NCBI GenBank assembly: GCA_051294905.1
Contig: CM119377.1
Span: 3,472,001 to 3,536,000 of the forward strand
Length of the DNA stretch: 64,000 nt
Origin: Botryllus schlosseri
Lineage: Eukaryota
Direction of reading: 5' to 3'
This document shows, piece by piece, positions 40,701 through 50,909 of this stretch (its first letter is position 1; each line of letters opens with the position of its first letter). The notes under the pieces are model-generated. The model made no database searches. It saw only the letters and a list, made by a program, of their open reading frames with translations, and was not told where the DNA came from. Position numbers and translations under genes: made by a program.

Positions 40701-43700
40701 CCGAAAACTGATTGCGAAGCGGGTAACGTCTCTCATTCTTCTTACCTGATTTTAGACAGGAACGTTTAGATTTCTTTTACAGAGTCTGCCTTTGATGCAG
40801 TACCCGCAGGACGTCGGCATCGGAAACGACTGGGACAAGGTGCTAGAAAACACCGCGCAAGTGCGTATTGCTTTGTCTCCACTTATATTTTTGCATTTTT
40901 GCGCGCTACGTACACAACCTGAACCAGCAAGCAGTGAGTCTGGGCAGCAGCTGTCGTTTTACGGTATCTTGTCAGCAATCAAACGGTCGTTGAGTATGTG
41001 TATCGCTTGTCCGCATCCAAGTCAAAACACAAGTCTTATGCTTGAGATTGTAAAACTACAATCTTACACAAGGGTGCTCGTTAGGGCTCTTCAAAAATGA
41101 TTTTTTTTCTCAAATCGTACTGGCTGCTCGATAAAATTGTTAGGTTATCTAATTTAAGCCTACACACCAAATTTGGTTCAATTCCAACCACTAGCCGCAC
41201 TGCTACAGGAGAAGAAAGTTTCTATTAATTATATAAAAATAAATAACGAGAAATTTGAAAATTTTCTGTTCACCGCATGAAAGTGTTAGGATATGTATAG
41301 AAACGATGTTCACCAAATTTGGTTCAATTCCGTTATTGCCGTCGACAAATTTGGATTACGAATAAAATAGTATTTACGGTGACCAACTCTTTAATTATTT
41401 ATTATAGTGGTGCCCACTGTAAATACTATTTTATTCAAATCCAAATTTTTCGACGCCAATAACTTCGCTTCCACTAGTTAGAATTTAACCAAATGGACAA
41501 AAGTTGCAAAAAGTTGCACTATAAGATTCCTTCAAACAACTTGAAACAGCATTCTACATATCTTCCGAGTATTTAGGAAGCCGCCGGAAGCTGTAAAAAA
41601 GTTGCAAAATCTTGCCCTAGCAATAATCTATGTTATAACTGTCTATTTTGTTAATAGCCAGTCGCTGCAAACTTTATGACCGTATATCTAAAGCACACCA
41701 ACCAACTTTCACCACTTGAGTTTAATTTCAAGTCCCATTTGATAACCACTTTTCCTGTTCTCTAGGTCGTGCTTCCCGGCAGAATCGCACAAGATTTGGA
41801 TCAGATGGTGTCGGCCGTCACATCAGCAGACGTGTGCGAAGGCGTACGTACTTTGGCTCAAGCGATTACTTTTCTTGCGAAGGTAAATATTTTAACGTTA
41901 ACATATCTATCATTGGATGTTACAGCCACTGAACTGTGATCAGGTGGTCAAAGTAGTAAGTATTGCTACTTGAGTAGACGTAACTCAAAAATGAAGTAAA
42001 GTCACCCGAGTAAGTAGCACAAAGTAGCTGTGTAGTTTTTACTCGAGTAATTTCAAATCAATTACAAATTGCCAAAACTACAAAACCAAGTGGCAGGGTT
42101 GTAATGATTCGAGTCATAACTCGAGTCATTTTCTCAAAATACGGAAATGACTCGACTTGAGTCAATCTTTGTATTGACTCGACTTGGACTCGAGTCATTA
42201 CGTATGACTCGGACCAAGTCATATGACTCGAGACTCAGACGGCCAAGAGCGACGTTTCATTGCAATTTCGAAGAGTAGTAAAGTATAGCCACCCTATTGG
42301 GACATCGTCTATTGGTACTGGTACTTGAAAATGCGACCGGAAACTATTAAAAGCGAGGAAAATTAGTATATTATAAATGCGGACCATTCGATATCACCAA
42401 ACAGAGTTGTAAAAGTGGGTTTAACAAGATTTTATCTGGAAACTCCACAGTCAACCCAACGACTTGGACTCGGACAAGGTAAGTATAGGGTAGGGTTACC
42501 ATGTTTTGAAAATCTGAAAAGAGGTCACTTTATCCAAATTTTCACACTTGCAAAACCGGTGGAAAATCCTGAAAAAATGGTAAATTTTTCTCACTTCGTG
42601 GTCGGTTGACTAAAAACAAGAAAAAAGGTCAACTTTCCCGCTCGGCGCCCAAAATACAGTTTTTCCCTCACATTTTCAAGTGGTTGACTAAAAACAAGTC
42701 ATCTCCGGCTCAGCGCCCGAAATACCCACCTGAGCGTTACTTCGTTGCTGATTTACGGCATCTCAGTCGAATTTGGCCGTAAATTGGACCTACATTCTCA
42801 AAAAAGAGGACAAAAGGGCGTCCTCCGTGGACGCTTTCAAAAAAGAGGACAAATCCTCTTAAAAGAAGACGTATGGTAGCCCTAGTATAGGGTAAAATTC
42901 GGCTGAAATATAGGAAATCAGTACTCGATAACGTTCCGACGGGTATTTCGGAAAGATGATCTTTCTTTTTTAGTCAACGAAGTGGGAAAAATTTACCATT
43001 TTTTCAGGATTTTTCTCCGGTATTGTAAGTCTGAAAATTTTGAAGAAGTCTCCTATTTTAAGATTTCCAAAATATGGTAACCCTATCAGAGGTGGCTACT
43101 TAAGTGCGAGATGTATCTTAGTTAACGAAAATTTACACCACAGATACCTACGATCTTCGAAAATATATTGAGTTACCGTGAGATTTCATTCACAAATACG
43201 AGGCATATTCATTTCGCCTTTTCAAAATCCAAATTGTAAACTGTAACAAGTTTTGCCTAAAAAGTAGAAGCAGTCTGGAAACAAAACCGCTTGGGTAACC
43301 TACTTTGTTGTCACTTACCAGATCTGTCTAATAAGTCAGACCCTAATCAACATCACCATGCTATGAGGTAATTGAGACCAATAATGCAAGAGATCAGAAA
43401 GCATATCTGCAGCTAGTGAATCTTGAAATTTCCCGTCTCCAGGTGCAGATGAATCCGGGCAGGAACATGGTCGATTTTCTCGAAAAAGACCTCATCCTAC
43501 CGTCCAATTGCATTCCGAAATCGGCGCAAATCGAACACACGATGTCCATGTACAACCGACTGTCTTGGCACAAAGCCGTGAGCTTTACAACGAGAGGACT
43601 GAATCCATACAAGGACGCCACTGGTAAGCAAACGTACGCATGTCAAAGCCAGACCGATATCGGATTTTTGAACAGGGTTGCCACCGAGTCGCAAGTCAAT

Positions 43701-46105
43701 CGCACTTTTATAGTTTTGACTCATTCAAATCAAGTGTTTTTCAATTTACCATCGAGTCAAAGTCAATGAGTAGATGGTCGAGTCCGAGTCATAGTGATTT
43801 GACTCGAGTCCTAGTCCAAGTCATTATGCGCGCTGTTCAGTTTTTGAGAATGGCTCGCATTCATAATATCATAATTTTCTTCAGTTTCTGGCCCCATTTT
43901 CCAAGTATCAAGACTGATAGACGAAAACCAATAACGTGGTGACTTTACTATTCTTCAAAGTTACAAGAACATGTCTGTCTAGCCGTGCTAGTCTTGGTTC
44001 AAGTCAGGCACAATGGCTTGAGTACAAGTCGAGACCATACAAAAATTGACTCGAGTCGAGTCATTTTACGCATTTGAAAAAATGACTCGAGTCATTACAA
44101 CCCTGACGACTTCTGTAGTAAGACGCTCCTGGCTTGGTGGCTCATCTTTGATGACTCTGCGATACAGAGCCTCCCGTCTATACCTTGCTTATCTACATAT
44201 CACATTTCACCAAACTGCGTTTTTGTTACTGATAGAGCAATTTTTTACCTAAAAATGGAAGATTTTGACCTAAAAAATAAAAATTTGAACTTTTTTTGTC
44301 CCAAAAAGCTGAATTTTGACCTCACGTGTACAAATTGGGTGTTTTCGCACATAATGTTAGAATTGTACTACTTATCTTCATTTCTGGTTAACTGTCCGTC
44401 CATACGAAGTAATTTTTCCTGAAAACACGTTTTTGACTTAAAAACTGACAAATTTTTACATGGAAAAAACTAGTATTTCAACGAAATCCGGCACTACGAA
44501 GAATTCCAGTAGGTACATTACGTATTATAGTAGAAATAATTAAAATTTGCTGTAGTGCAACGAAAGATACTTTCCTACATTCTCGGGTAGAAAGTGTCTG
44601 TTCTTACTAAGTAGCTTGCCAATAATGGAGGAAGAACGTTCAACAGAAACAGTTGTTGGCTGACAACAGTGAAGTTGTGCGTACGCTGCTGGCGACACAG
44701 CGTGTTGCTTCATTCTGAAAATGCTGTCCACATCACAATTTTTCATCATGCCCCTCTTGATGTAAGAACCATGCAATGCTCAAGCAGTCTTGCTTCAGTT
44801 AGGATATTGCGATACGTTGACCATTACACCATGTCAACCTATTTGTTTCATTTGACCGTTTATAATTCACAATGAGCAGACAATGGACCGTCCACAGCGA
44901 TGGGCATATAAAGTAGGCTACAAGCTGTAGAATGTCAAATGATAAGTTCACCGACAGTGCGAAATCTACGATACAAATGGAATGCAGAGGTCTAAAATAT
45001 TTCATCTTTGTGAACAAATTTGACAAAGTTTGACCTGACAAAATTTGACATGTCGAAAAAAATCGCCATAGTTATCGACTTGCAAGGTAGACAAATATGG
45101 ATTCTGTCTGTTAAAACTGGATCTTCCCACAGGTGACCAGAAACCTATTTCGAGCAAAAAGCTACTTGCTGACATCACAGAGGCGTTCAAACACACGGAC
45201 GTCATCGTTCTGCAGCAGAAGTTGAACGAAGTGTTGATCAAGAAAACGGACTTCAACGCGAATTGGAGGTATGAACGCAAGCTTGATAATCGCAGCACCA
45301 GAGGGTGCCAGTAATAAGTAGTTCTAATTTTTCAAAGTCCCCATATGAGCTTCGCTTACTCGCAGCACCAACTCAAGTGGATCTGCTCAACTGACTGCTT
45401 AATCTGTGTGTGCTTCACAAGCTGTAAAACAGTGGTTCTTAACCTTTTTTCCCTCCAGCGCCTTTTTAAAAATGTACTTAGGTCTGTCGCCCCCCCTTCT
45501 TTTAAGGATTGTAGTAAAAACATAATGGGGTAATGAATCAAGTACCTCACCCAGTTATTCACTTTAACATGAATGTATTCCAAACAAAATGATCCATATT
45601 TTATAACGTTCACGTGAGGTCGTGGATCACAATGCTGAACAGCATCATCCTTTGTGTCGAACGGTGATATGCGATGCAGAACTCGAGAGATATATAGGAC
45701 TATTGTTGAACTATATAATCGTATGTCCCTACTACACCATATTTCTCCAATGTCCCCTCCAAAATCCAAACCTTGTTGACTCACAGTTTCATGCATTTCG
45801 GATTTTTTAATGTAGAAAGTAGCTTTGGCGTAAGTTTGCTCGCGAGTGTAGGCTATGAAAAATATTTCTGGATTTTTGTATCATTTTCGATCAGCTATCG
45901 CCTATCGGTGTCGTCCATTTATGTGAGTTTGCTAACGCTGTGCTATTCCAGCTTGAAGGACATATTCCCGTATTACGAATTCCTCGGAGATACCGGCGAT
46001 GATGATTCGTGGTACGAAAGACTGCCGGACGAAGTCTGCTTCAAACATATTCGACATCTCTTCACACTCACTGTCCAGCACCACAGGAATGCGCTGCGAC
46101 ATTGA
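1736..46105 (+). CDS. RNF213: RNF213/mysterin-like giant AAA+ ATPase / E3 ubiquitin ligase, 5'-partial (~4,187 aa in window, 39 exons)
   Basis: Hand-spliced GT-AG exons with consistent phases: 1736-1925, 2460-2635, 3691-3829, 4783-4961, 6092-6275, 6336-6461, 7929-8233, 9599-9749, 10881-11098, 12410-12596, 13217-13412, 14792-14932, 15463-15583, 15642-15741, 16358-16561, 17572-17738, 18175-18466, 18978-19153, 19560-19716, 20853-21034, 22146-22283, 22905-23127, 24119-25415, 26261-26780, 27695-27865, 28853-33720, 34376-34526, 34739-34908, 35598-35740, 36647-36737, 37470-37587, 38353-38558, 39976-40141, 40678-40722, 40783-40860, 41766-41882, 43443-43623, 45133-45268, 45952-46105 (stop TGA). The sum is 12,564 nt. 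RNF213-typical motifs: QPLPTVSEVLLC, SGVG|KS, GETGCGKT, YDEANTT, VSLRDVERC, GKPGTSKS, LDEIGLAEDSPNMPLKVLHPLLE, FIGISNWALDPAKMNRG, YDALNQHY, RING, RZ finger, LPSARGKGLCA. Confidence 0.95.
5471..6049 (-). mobile_element. hAT-type MITE family A (a partial copy also lies at ~4985-5220)
   Basis: CAGGGTTGTAA...TTACAACCCTG; perfect TSD GTTTTTTT. Confidence 0.9.
6749..7321. mobile_element. MITE family C (further copies at ~2973-3600, 11427-11930, 12741-13139, 13573-14110, 38640-39195, 39400-39720, 41082-41490)
   Basis: TIR TAGGGCTGTTCAAAAATAACTTTTT; shared internal module AAATTTGG(T/C)TCAATTCCAACC(A/C)GTAGAAGC in alternating orientation. Confidence 0.8.
8443..8971. mobile_element. Foldback hAT-like MITE family C (TIR TAGGGCT(C/G)TTCAAAAA), nested in a family A copy (~8310-9340)
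   Basis: Outer inverted arms of ~110 bp plus an inner inverted repeat; flanks are CTGTTCAG and CTGAACAG. Confidence 0.88.
9950..10334. mobile_element. MITE family C
   Basis: TAGGACTGTTCAAAAA...TTTTTGAACAGCCCTA; perfect TSD CTGGACAT. Confidence 0.88.
10881..13412 (+). CDS. RNF213: RNF213-like stalk-region exons (10881-11098, 12410-12596, 13217-13412)
   Basis: Peptides VQVMCDLALMKAGETPYEVDIVSCLLGAVMGFAPLIFDL, SDTGKHLAWF...GSVEKQSLDLAREIN and LQCKLMLIAG...SGCMLF match the recalled RNF213 stalk sequence. Splice sites are canonical. Confidence 0.85.
16789..17494. mobile_element. Foldback element family B with ~140-bp inverted arms (GAAGAGCTTCTTGGAGGTACAGAAC...CTGACACTCGTCAGGGGTAATCGTCAGCAACTAGT); superfamily not assigned
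   Basis: Forward arm at 16789 and reverse arm ending near 17494. Arms recur at ~780-980, 1560-1680, 13140-13200, 14175-14690, 17835-17950, 19290-19500, 21300-22120, 25900-26222, 35749-35852 and 47590-48730. Confidence 0.75.
18175..21034 (+). CDS. RNF213: RNF213-like early AAA exons (18175-18466, 18978-19153, 19560-19716, 20853-21034)
   Basis: Peptides GRPNL...QPLPTVSEVLLCSESTTVDEVE and LAFADKLNF; the P-loop RSGVG|KSLYV is split by the intron at 19717-20852. Confidence 0.88.
19920..20488 (+). mobile_element. hAT-type MITE family A
   Basis: TIRs intact; perfect TSD ATATAAAC. Confidence 0.9.
21412..21964. mobile_element. TTAA-flanked insertion (Kolobok/piggyBac-type target site) in a family B arm
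   Basis: The B arm is interrupted at ctatTTAA...TTAAttgaata. The element starts GGGGGGAAGGTAC and carries an internal tandem duplication of CTTCGGCCCAAATTGGGGGAGA; its right terminus does not match the left. Confidence 0.6.
23255..23702 (-). mobile_element. hAT-type MITE family A (a partial copy also lies at ~22420-22808)
   Basis: TIRs intact; TSD GGCAATAT/GCCAATAT. Confidence 0.85.
24119..25415 (+). CDS. RNF213: RNF213-like exon with catalytic AAA unit (Walker A GETGCGKT at 24778-24801; Walker B FYDE at ~24970-24981)
   Basis: ORF 24214..25509 plus upstream DPSWAQLRHFASFLNVQL; acceptor ttttcag at 24118, donor gtacgt at 25416. Confidence 0.93.
26261..27865 (+). CDS. RNF213: RNF213-like second catalytic AAA unit (exons 26261-26780 and 27695-27865)
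   Basis: YVSLRDVERC, ALQENAFMMAVC, Walker A GKPGTSKS (26682-26705), Walker B VVVLDEIGL (27821-27826). Confidence 0.93.
27905..28602 (-). mobile_element. Family D copy with one end missing (shorter relatives at ~7380-7782 and ~18600-18730)
   Basis: Shares the internal sequence and degenerate CQPTTAAVERTFS motif; terminus AAAAATCGCCCCA. Confidence 0.75.
28853..33720 (+). CDS. RNF213: RNF213-like 4,868-nt exon: distal AAA units, E3 module, C3HC4 RING (31982-32104) and RZ finger (33428-33526)
   Basis: ORF 28865..33724. RING: CSICRKSINTPVKLPCGHFNCEDC...WRCPKC. RZ finger: YTCPNGHLYAVGECRQPMETARCPDCGATIGGQNH. Acceptor tatccag at 28852, donor gtaaga at 33721. Confidence 0.95.
34376..46105 (+). CDS. 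RNF213: RNF213-like C-terminal domain exons 27-39
   Basis: Peptides RKNWEQAF, LKYLESVLLLQSALI, VLPSARGKGLCAKLLAEHLIDLQN, ADLLPLIQMH, NPYK, NWSLKDIF...LPDEV are collinear with the recalled vertebrate C-terminal domain. Stop at 46103-46105; AATAAA near 46398. Confidence 0.85.
34945..35514 (+). mobile_element. hAT-type MITE family A
   Basis: TIRs intact; perfect TSD ACTCCTAG. Confidence 0.9.
35927..36539. mobile_element. MITE family C, closely similar to the copy at ~38640-39195
   Basis: Right TIR TTGAACAGCCCTA; degenerate left TIR; TSD GTACTACA/GTTCTACA. Confidence 0.78.
37050..37258. repeat. Hairpin MITE with perfect 69-bp inverted arms
   Basis: 37050-37118 is the exact reverse complement of 37190-37258; flanked by TTC on both sides. 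Confidence 0.85.
42491..42884 (-). mobile_element. hAT-type MITE family E (TIR TAGGGTTACCAT), with a related fragment at 42888-43085
   Basis: Perfect TSD GTATAGGG; AAGAGGAC subterminal repeats. Confidence 0.88.
43673..44105 (-). mobile_element. hAT-type MITE family A (a partial plus-orientation copy lies at ~42094-42475)
   Basis: Both termini present with GACTCGAGTC arrays; no TSD recognised. Confidence 0.75.
44233..45070 (-). mobile_element. hAT deletion derivative family D with an open 78-aa dimerization-domain ORF (44540..44776)
   Basis: QPTTVSVERSSSIIGKLLSKNRHFLPENVGKYL matches the hAT dimerization motif; degenerate TIRs; TSD GTTACTGA/GTTATCGA. Confidence 0.85.
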
Positions 46106-47175
46106 TTATGTATATGTCACACCGAAAAACTCTTCATTCTATTTCAATGCTGATAGCTCTCTAATTTTCTTACCTATGGCGTTGCTACATGCAGAAGTAG
46201 GCAATGTGGTGTTGTTGTCTACTTGACTTGACATTGGTGTAGTTGATCTTCCATTCCCTGTTCAATTCTCTATTTATATATACTGATTATTTAATTTCAT
46301 CGGCCATGTGACTAATCAAGTCAGGCATTGTTGTGTGGTTTCTGTTATCACAAAGTGACGAATCTCTTCACTCTACTTTCTAACCTTGTAGCATGGCTAA
46401 TAAATTGCTGCTCTGTTATCATGAAAAGACAAGGGACTGGTTGTATTGTATGCAACTGAGATAGGAGTGGCAATCATGGAATGTATATCTGAGATATGCG
46501 GTGACGATCGACATCTGTAGCATACGATTACAAGTAGAACAGTACTCAAGTGTGTATAGTTTTGGTTGAGAGGGTCACATCATTAGAGGTGAATCTAGGC
46601 TCAAAAGTTTCCTAGCTTTCCAAATCCACGAGTACTCAAGTGTATATAGTTCCAAGAAGTAGTCTTTTGGTTGAGAGGGTCACACACATTTAGCAGATCA
46701 TCGGAGATGGCTACATCCGAGAGGGGATCTTCGCCGGTAACGCAAAATGACTATCGATATAAGAAATCTTTGAAAATATACACCCTTCTTATGACAATTT
46801 AGTCACTGTGCCGTAAGTTATTCTCAGACTACTTTCGCACTACAAAATTCAAATTATAAAGGTAGTGTCTAAAAACTGTTCAAGTAGAAGTAGTTGAAAA
46901 ACATTAGGCACTCTGCATAATAGAAGTATTTTAGGGGGAGTCCATTGAAACAAATCCACCGCAATTGACAAAACCAAACCCTTGCCGTGTGCCTAATCCG
47001 TTGCTGTTACACGCGGCAAGCATTGTACAGTCATTCACGATCAATGCAGTTCCGCAACACCCAAGCTCTGCTGTAGCAGTAGACTTGCTTCCCAGTTCAT
47101 ACCATCAGTAGGTAATTTCCAGTAGGCACAGTATCATTGGGCTGATTTCCAAGTCGGTATCAGGAACCGTCGCCA

Positions 47176-49444
47176 CTAAGACTGGAAACTTCGCTTCAGT
47201 TTGATGTCTTCGAGCACTTGCTGCAATTCGTCGTCGTCGAATCTGCCTTCCAAGCTCGGAATTAATGACTTGGCTTCCTCGGCGGTTTCGGGGCAAAGAT
47301 TGGCTAACGACGCCAGTTCGAACTTGTGAAGTTTTTTCTGCAGCAACAGGCTTCGTACGCTGGTGATGGTTTCCCGGTTCTTGAAGCGGCTGAACCTTTG
47401 CGTGTAGTTCAACGTTTTCATGAATACCTGAGAGAGAGAGAGAGAATATACTATTCGTCACGATCACAACAATTCAAACATCGAATTCATATTTTACAGA
47501 AAGATTTATTTGATGCGGTGCGCGAATTGCGGTCCATAAACGATTTGGGCTAAGGATTGTTTGAATAATAGGCCTATATTCATTATATCCCGAATATTTA
47601 CGGCTGATATTCGTCAGTGGTAATCGTCAGCAAAGTGGTAATCGTCAGCAACTAGTAGGGAATTGAAGAGCTTCTTGGAACAGAACTCCGATACGCAATT
47701 GAATAGTATATTCATATTGAAATGTACCCGAATATTTTTGGCTGACACTCGTCATGAGTAAGGCGATTTTTTTTAACATTTAAAAAAAAGTCAAAATTAG
47801 GTCAAAAAATGTCAAAATTGTTTAAAAAGTTGAAACTTTTTTGCAACCTGCATTTCGTTTGTATCGTAGATTTTGCACTGTCGGTGAACTTATTATTTGA
47901 CATTTTACAGCTTGTAGCCTATTTTATAGGCCTACTGTTGTAGACGGCCCATTGTCTGCTCATTCATTGTGAATCATAAACATTCAAATGAAACAAATAG
48001 GCTGATGTGGTGTTTGGTCAATGTGCCTCAATATCCTAACTGAAGCAAGACTGCGTGGGCAGTGCAGGGTTCTTATATCAAGAAGCGCATAATGAAAAAT
48101 TGTGATGTAGATAGCATTTTCAAAATGAAGCAACACGGTGTGTCACCTGCAGTGTACGCACAACTTCAATGCTGTCAGCCAAAAAGGCAACAACTGCTGC
48201 TGTTGAACGTTCTTTCTCCATTCTTGGCAAGCTACTTAGTAAGGACAGACACTTTCTACCCGTGAATGTAGGAAAGTATCTTTCGTTGTACTACAACAAA
48301 TTTTAATTATTTCTACCATAATTCGTGATGTAACTACTGGAATTCTTCATAGGGCCAGATTTCGTAGAAATACTAGCTTTTTTCATGTAAAAATTTGTCA
48401 GTTTTCAAGCCAAAAAAGTGTTTTCAGGCCAGCCAAAATACTTCATAAGGACAGACAGTTCCAACCAGAAATGAAGATAAGTAGTAGCCTACAATTTTCA
48501 CATCAAGTGCGAAAACGCCTAATTTGCATACGTGAGGTCAAGATTCGGTCAAAATTCAGTTTTTTTAGGTCAAAAAAAGTCAAAATTTCGATTTGTTGGG
48601 TCAAAATCTTCCGTTTTTTAGGCCAAAAAAAAATCGCCCTAGTCATGAGTAATCGGCAGCAACTAGTAGAGAATGGGAAAGAATATTGTACATCAACAAT
48701 CACGTCACAAAGTATTGACGTCCCTAGCATGAAATTTCGAATAATCGGCGAGAATTGGGAAGGACGTCAGGTATCTTGTCTTTGATATTTTATGCGGCAT
48801 ACACACCAACTCATGATATACATGATACAGACGATCTGTGCATATGCAATTATGCATACCATGAGTGCATGATGTACATATGCCGCTGGACAGGGAAGGT
48901 GCAGATACAGCCTTGCAAGGCTTTCCAAGTCTTGCATCACCCCTCCATGCTGTGCGATAAGCAGGAAGTCATGGATGCCAGTGATACTGATCAGGTCGTT
49001 AGTCTGACCCGGCCGGGGACTGAATCCACGACCTACCAACAAAGACGCTTCAATATTACGCTATATTGTCTTGTCTACGTAAATTTTTCGCGGGAACAGA
49101 ATTATCCAACAACTGTTCACCAATGCCAAGGTGTTTTAAAACGATAACATCACACAAAAGGATGGATAGGAAAGGACGTAGTTTATTTTTGTCCTTGATG
49201 TTTTTGCGGCATATACACCGATTCATGACACATGATGGATAGCTCAATACAATAACTAACGCACCTCCGAAAGTTCCTGTTCTTCCTCCACGTTTTCATT
49301 CTGTTGCTTTCGATGTTCGAGCAGCATGTGCACTTCCGAATTGAGCAATGTTTCGGCATTTTCAAATTCCGCAGGAAAATGAAGCTGCGAAGAATCTTCT
49401 TCCTTATCTTCCAACAGAGAATTCAAAGCTTTCGATGATGCCAT
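47176..49444 (-). CDS. POLR2D: RNA polymerase II subunit RPB4; join complement(47176..47427, 49265..49444), 143 aa
   Basis: [50 protein letters not shown]...ELSE|[63 protein letters not shown] is near-identical to animal RPB4. Donor gtgcgt; (ct)n-cag acceptor. Confidence 0.97.
47759..48641 (+). mobile_element. hAT internal-deletion derivative (family D) retaining the C-terminal dimerization domain; lies in the POLR2D intron, nested in family B
   Basis: TIR TA(A/G)GGCGATTTTTT; perfect TSD GTCATGAG; frameshifted [40 protein letters not shown]. Confidence 0.9.
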
Positions 49445-50909
49445 GCTCAGTGTTATAGGTACATCAACTTGAGATCTGAAAATTTTGACGAAAAGAAGGC
49501 ACATATTGAGAGTAACATCCAGACCGCATATCACCTTTAAAGAATTTGTATGTTGAAAGTTCCAATCGATGTACATTGTACAAACCATGATAGGAAATAT
49601 GCTGTTAGCAGGTATTTGGGCGTAATCTAGGTCAGTGATTGAACTGCTTCAATAGTTCATAAATAAGCATATGTAACCATGAAAACAGTTCACGCCGAAA
49701 GAGTAAGGTACCGTAATTGCTAATTGGACTGCCATTTTTGAAATAAATCTCTCTGTTCCATGTCATTAGTTCTGTAGAACAATTGGTGAAGTGGTATTAT
49801 CCCATTCCTTGCTACGGGTGAGGGAGTGGCCAGTCGGTAAAGATTGTTTAATTACAGTATTTCATCAAATTCAGATTATCTTAGTTTATATAATCCTTAA
49901 TCTGAAGCTAATTGTGGAAAAGTATAGTATATTGAGACAGCCCGACAAAATCCTTAACATATATAAAAAGAATATGTGCAGTATCGGTTTACAGCCATAA
50001 TTTGTGAACATAACTTTTTCGTTTTGACTTAGATTAAAACAGTAGATGAGGTCGGATGTTTGGATTAGACGACAATATCATGGTATGGTTTTCATCAATG
50101 CAACCTTGTTTCAATCATATATGGTCGCGATGTGTAATCAAAGGAGCTTATGTCCATCTTACACATTTGAAAGAATTAGGTTTTTGTAAAGTTTTCATTT
50201 CTTTCATCCATATCTTGGCAACGGTTAACTTGGAAATACTGTGACAAATATGATCATGGCCAAAACAATGAAAATTTTGCAAAAACTTGCTTTTTTCGGA
50301 ATGTGTAAAATGGACCTCAAAATTTTTAAAATGTAGGCCTACTTCGATTCTACAGTGACAACATCCTCACATGAGCACCCACAGCCACAGCCGTTGCGGC
50401 AACACGGAAAAACAATTTTAAGGAACTTCGTTTCTCTCGTTTACAAGTGTGTCACAGGCTTAAGAAGTTTTGGAACCACTAATCTAGGCAATACACTGTC
50501 CCCAACTCAAATACACAACATAGGTCAGCTAGTCAGCATGCTACATTGGAAGTGACAGATTGACTCACAAAAGTGGCATAATGGCTATGGCCGGTAATCA
50601 ATAACAAAGCAAATGATGAGGGTAATAACGCACTGATGTCTGATATGTTACAAAACTGTCAAAACAGACATACATACAAGGTCATTCCAATTCAACTTGT
50701 CACAGTGTCATAATAACATAATCAAATTTATTTTATTACAAGTGACATCACATTGATTTACTAAAATTCGGCGGAAAATATAGAAAAAAAGTTGATGGGT
50801 GGCTATTAATTCCTGTCGGGTGCACAGAACGTGGGCAACGACGCAACGTACGAGCACTCGTAATAAATTTGGTACGGAAATACGTGTAACACTTGAACGT
50901 GGTTGAATT

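Noticed and set aside
924-44252. Many short ORFs rich in TRVKSSH/VTKSQGSESQV or KFGSIP-type peptides
   Set aside because: They are translations of MITE families A, B and C and show no protein-family signal.
1926-45951. Whole introns as introner elements (TE ends coinciding with splice sites)
   Set aside because: In every intron checked, the TIRs lie inside the intron rather than at the GT/AG boundaries. Only the direct repeat at 25412/26257 is retained as a hint.
46105-47176. Overlapping 3' UTRs of RNF213-like and POLR2D
   Set aside because: There is an AATAAA on + near 46398 but no clear canonical minus-strand signal, so overlap cannot be supported without 3'-end data.
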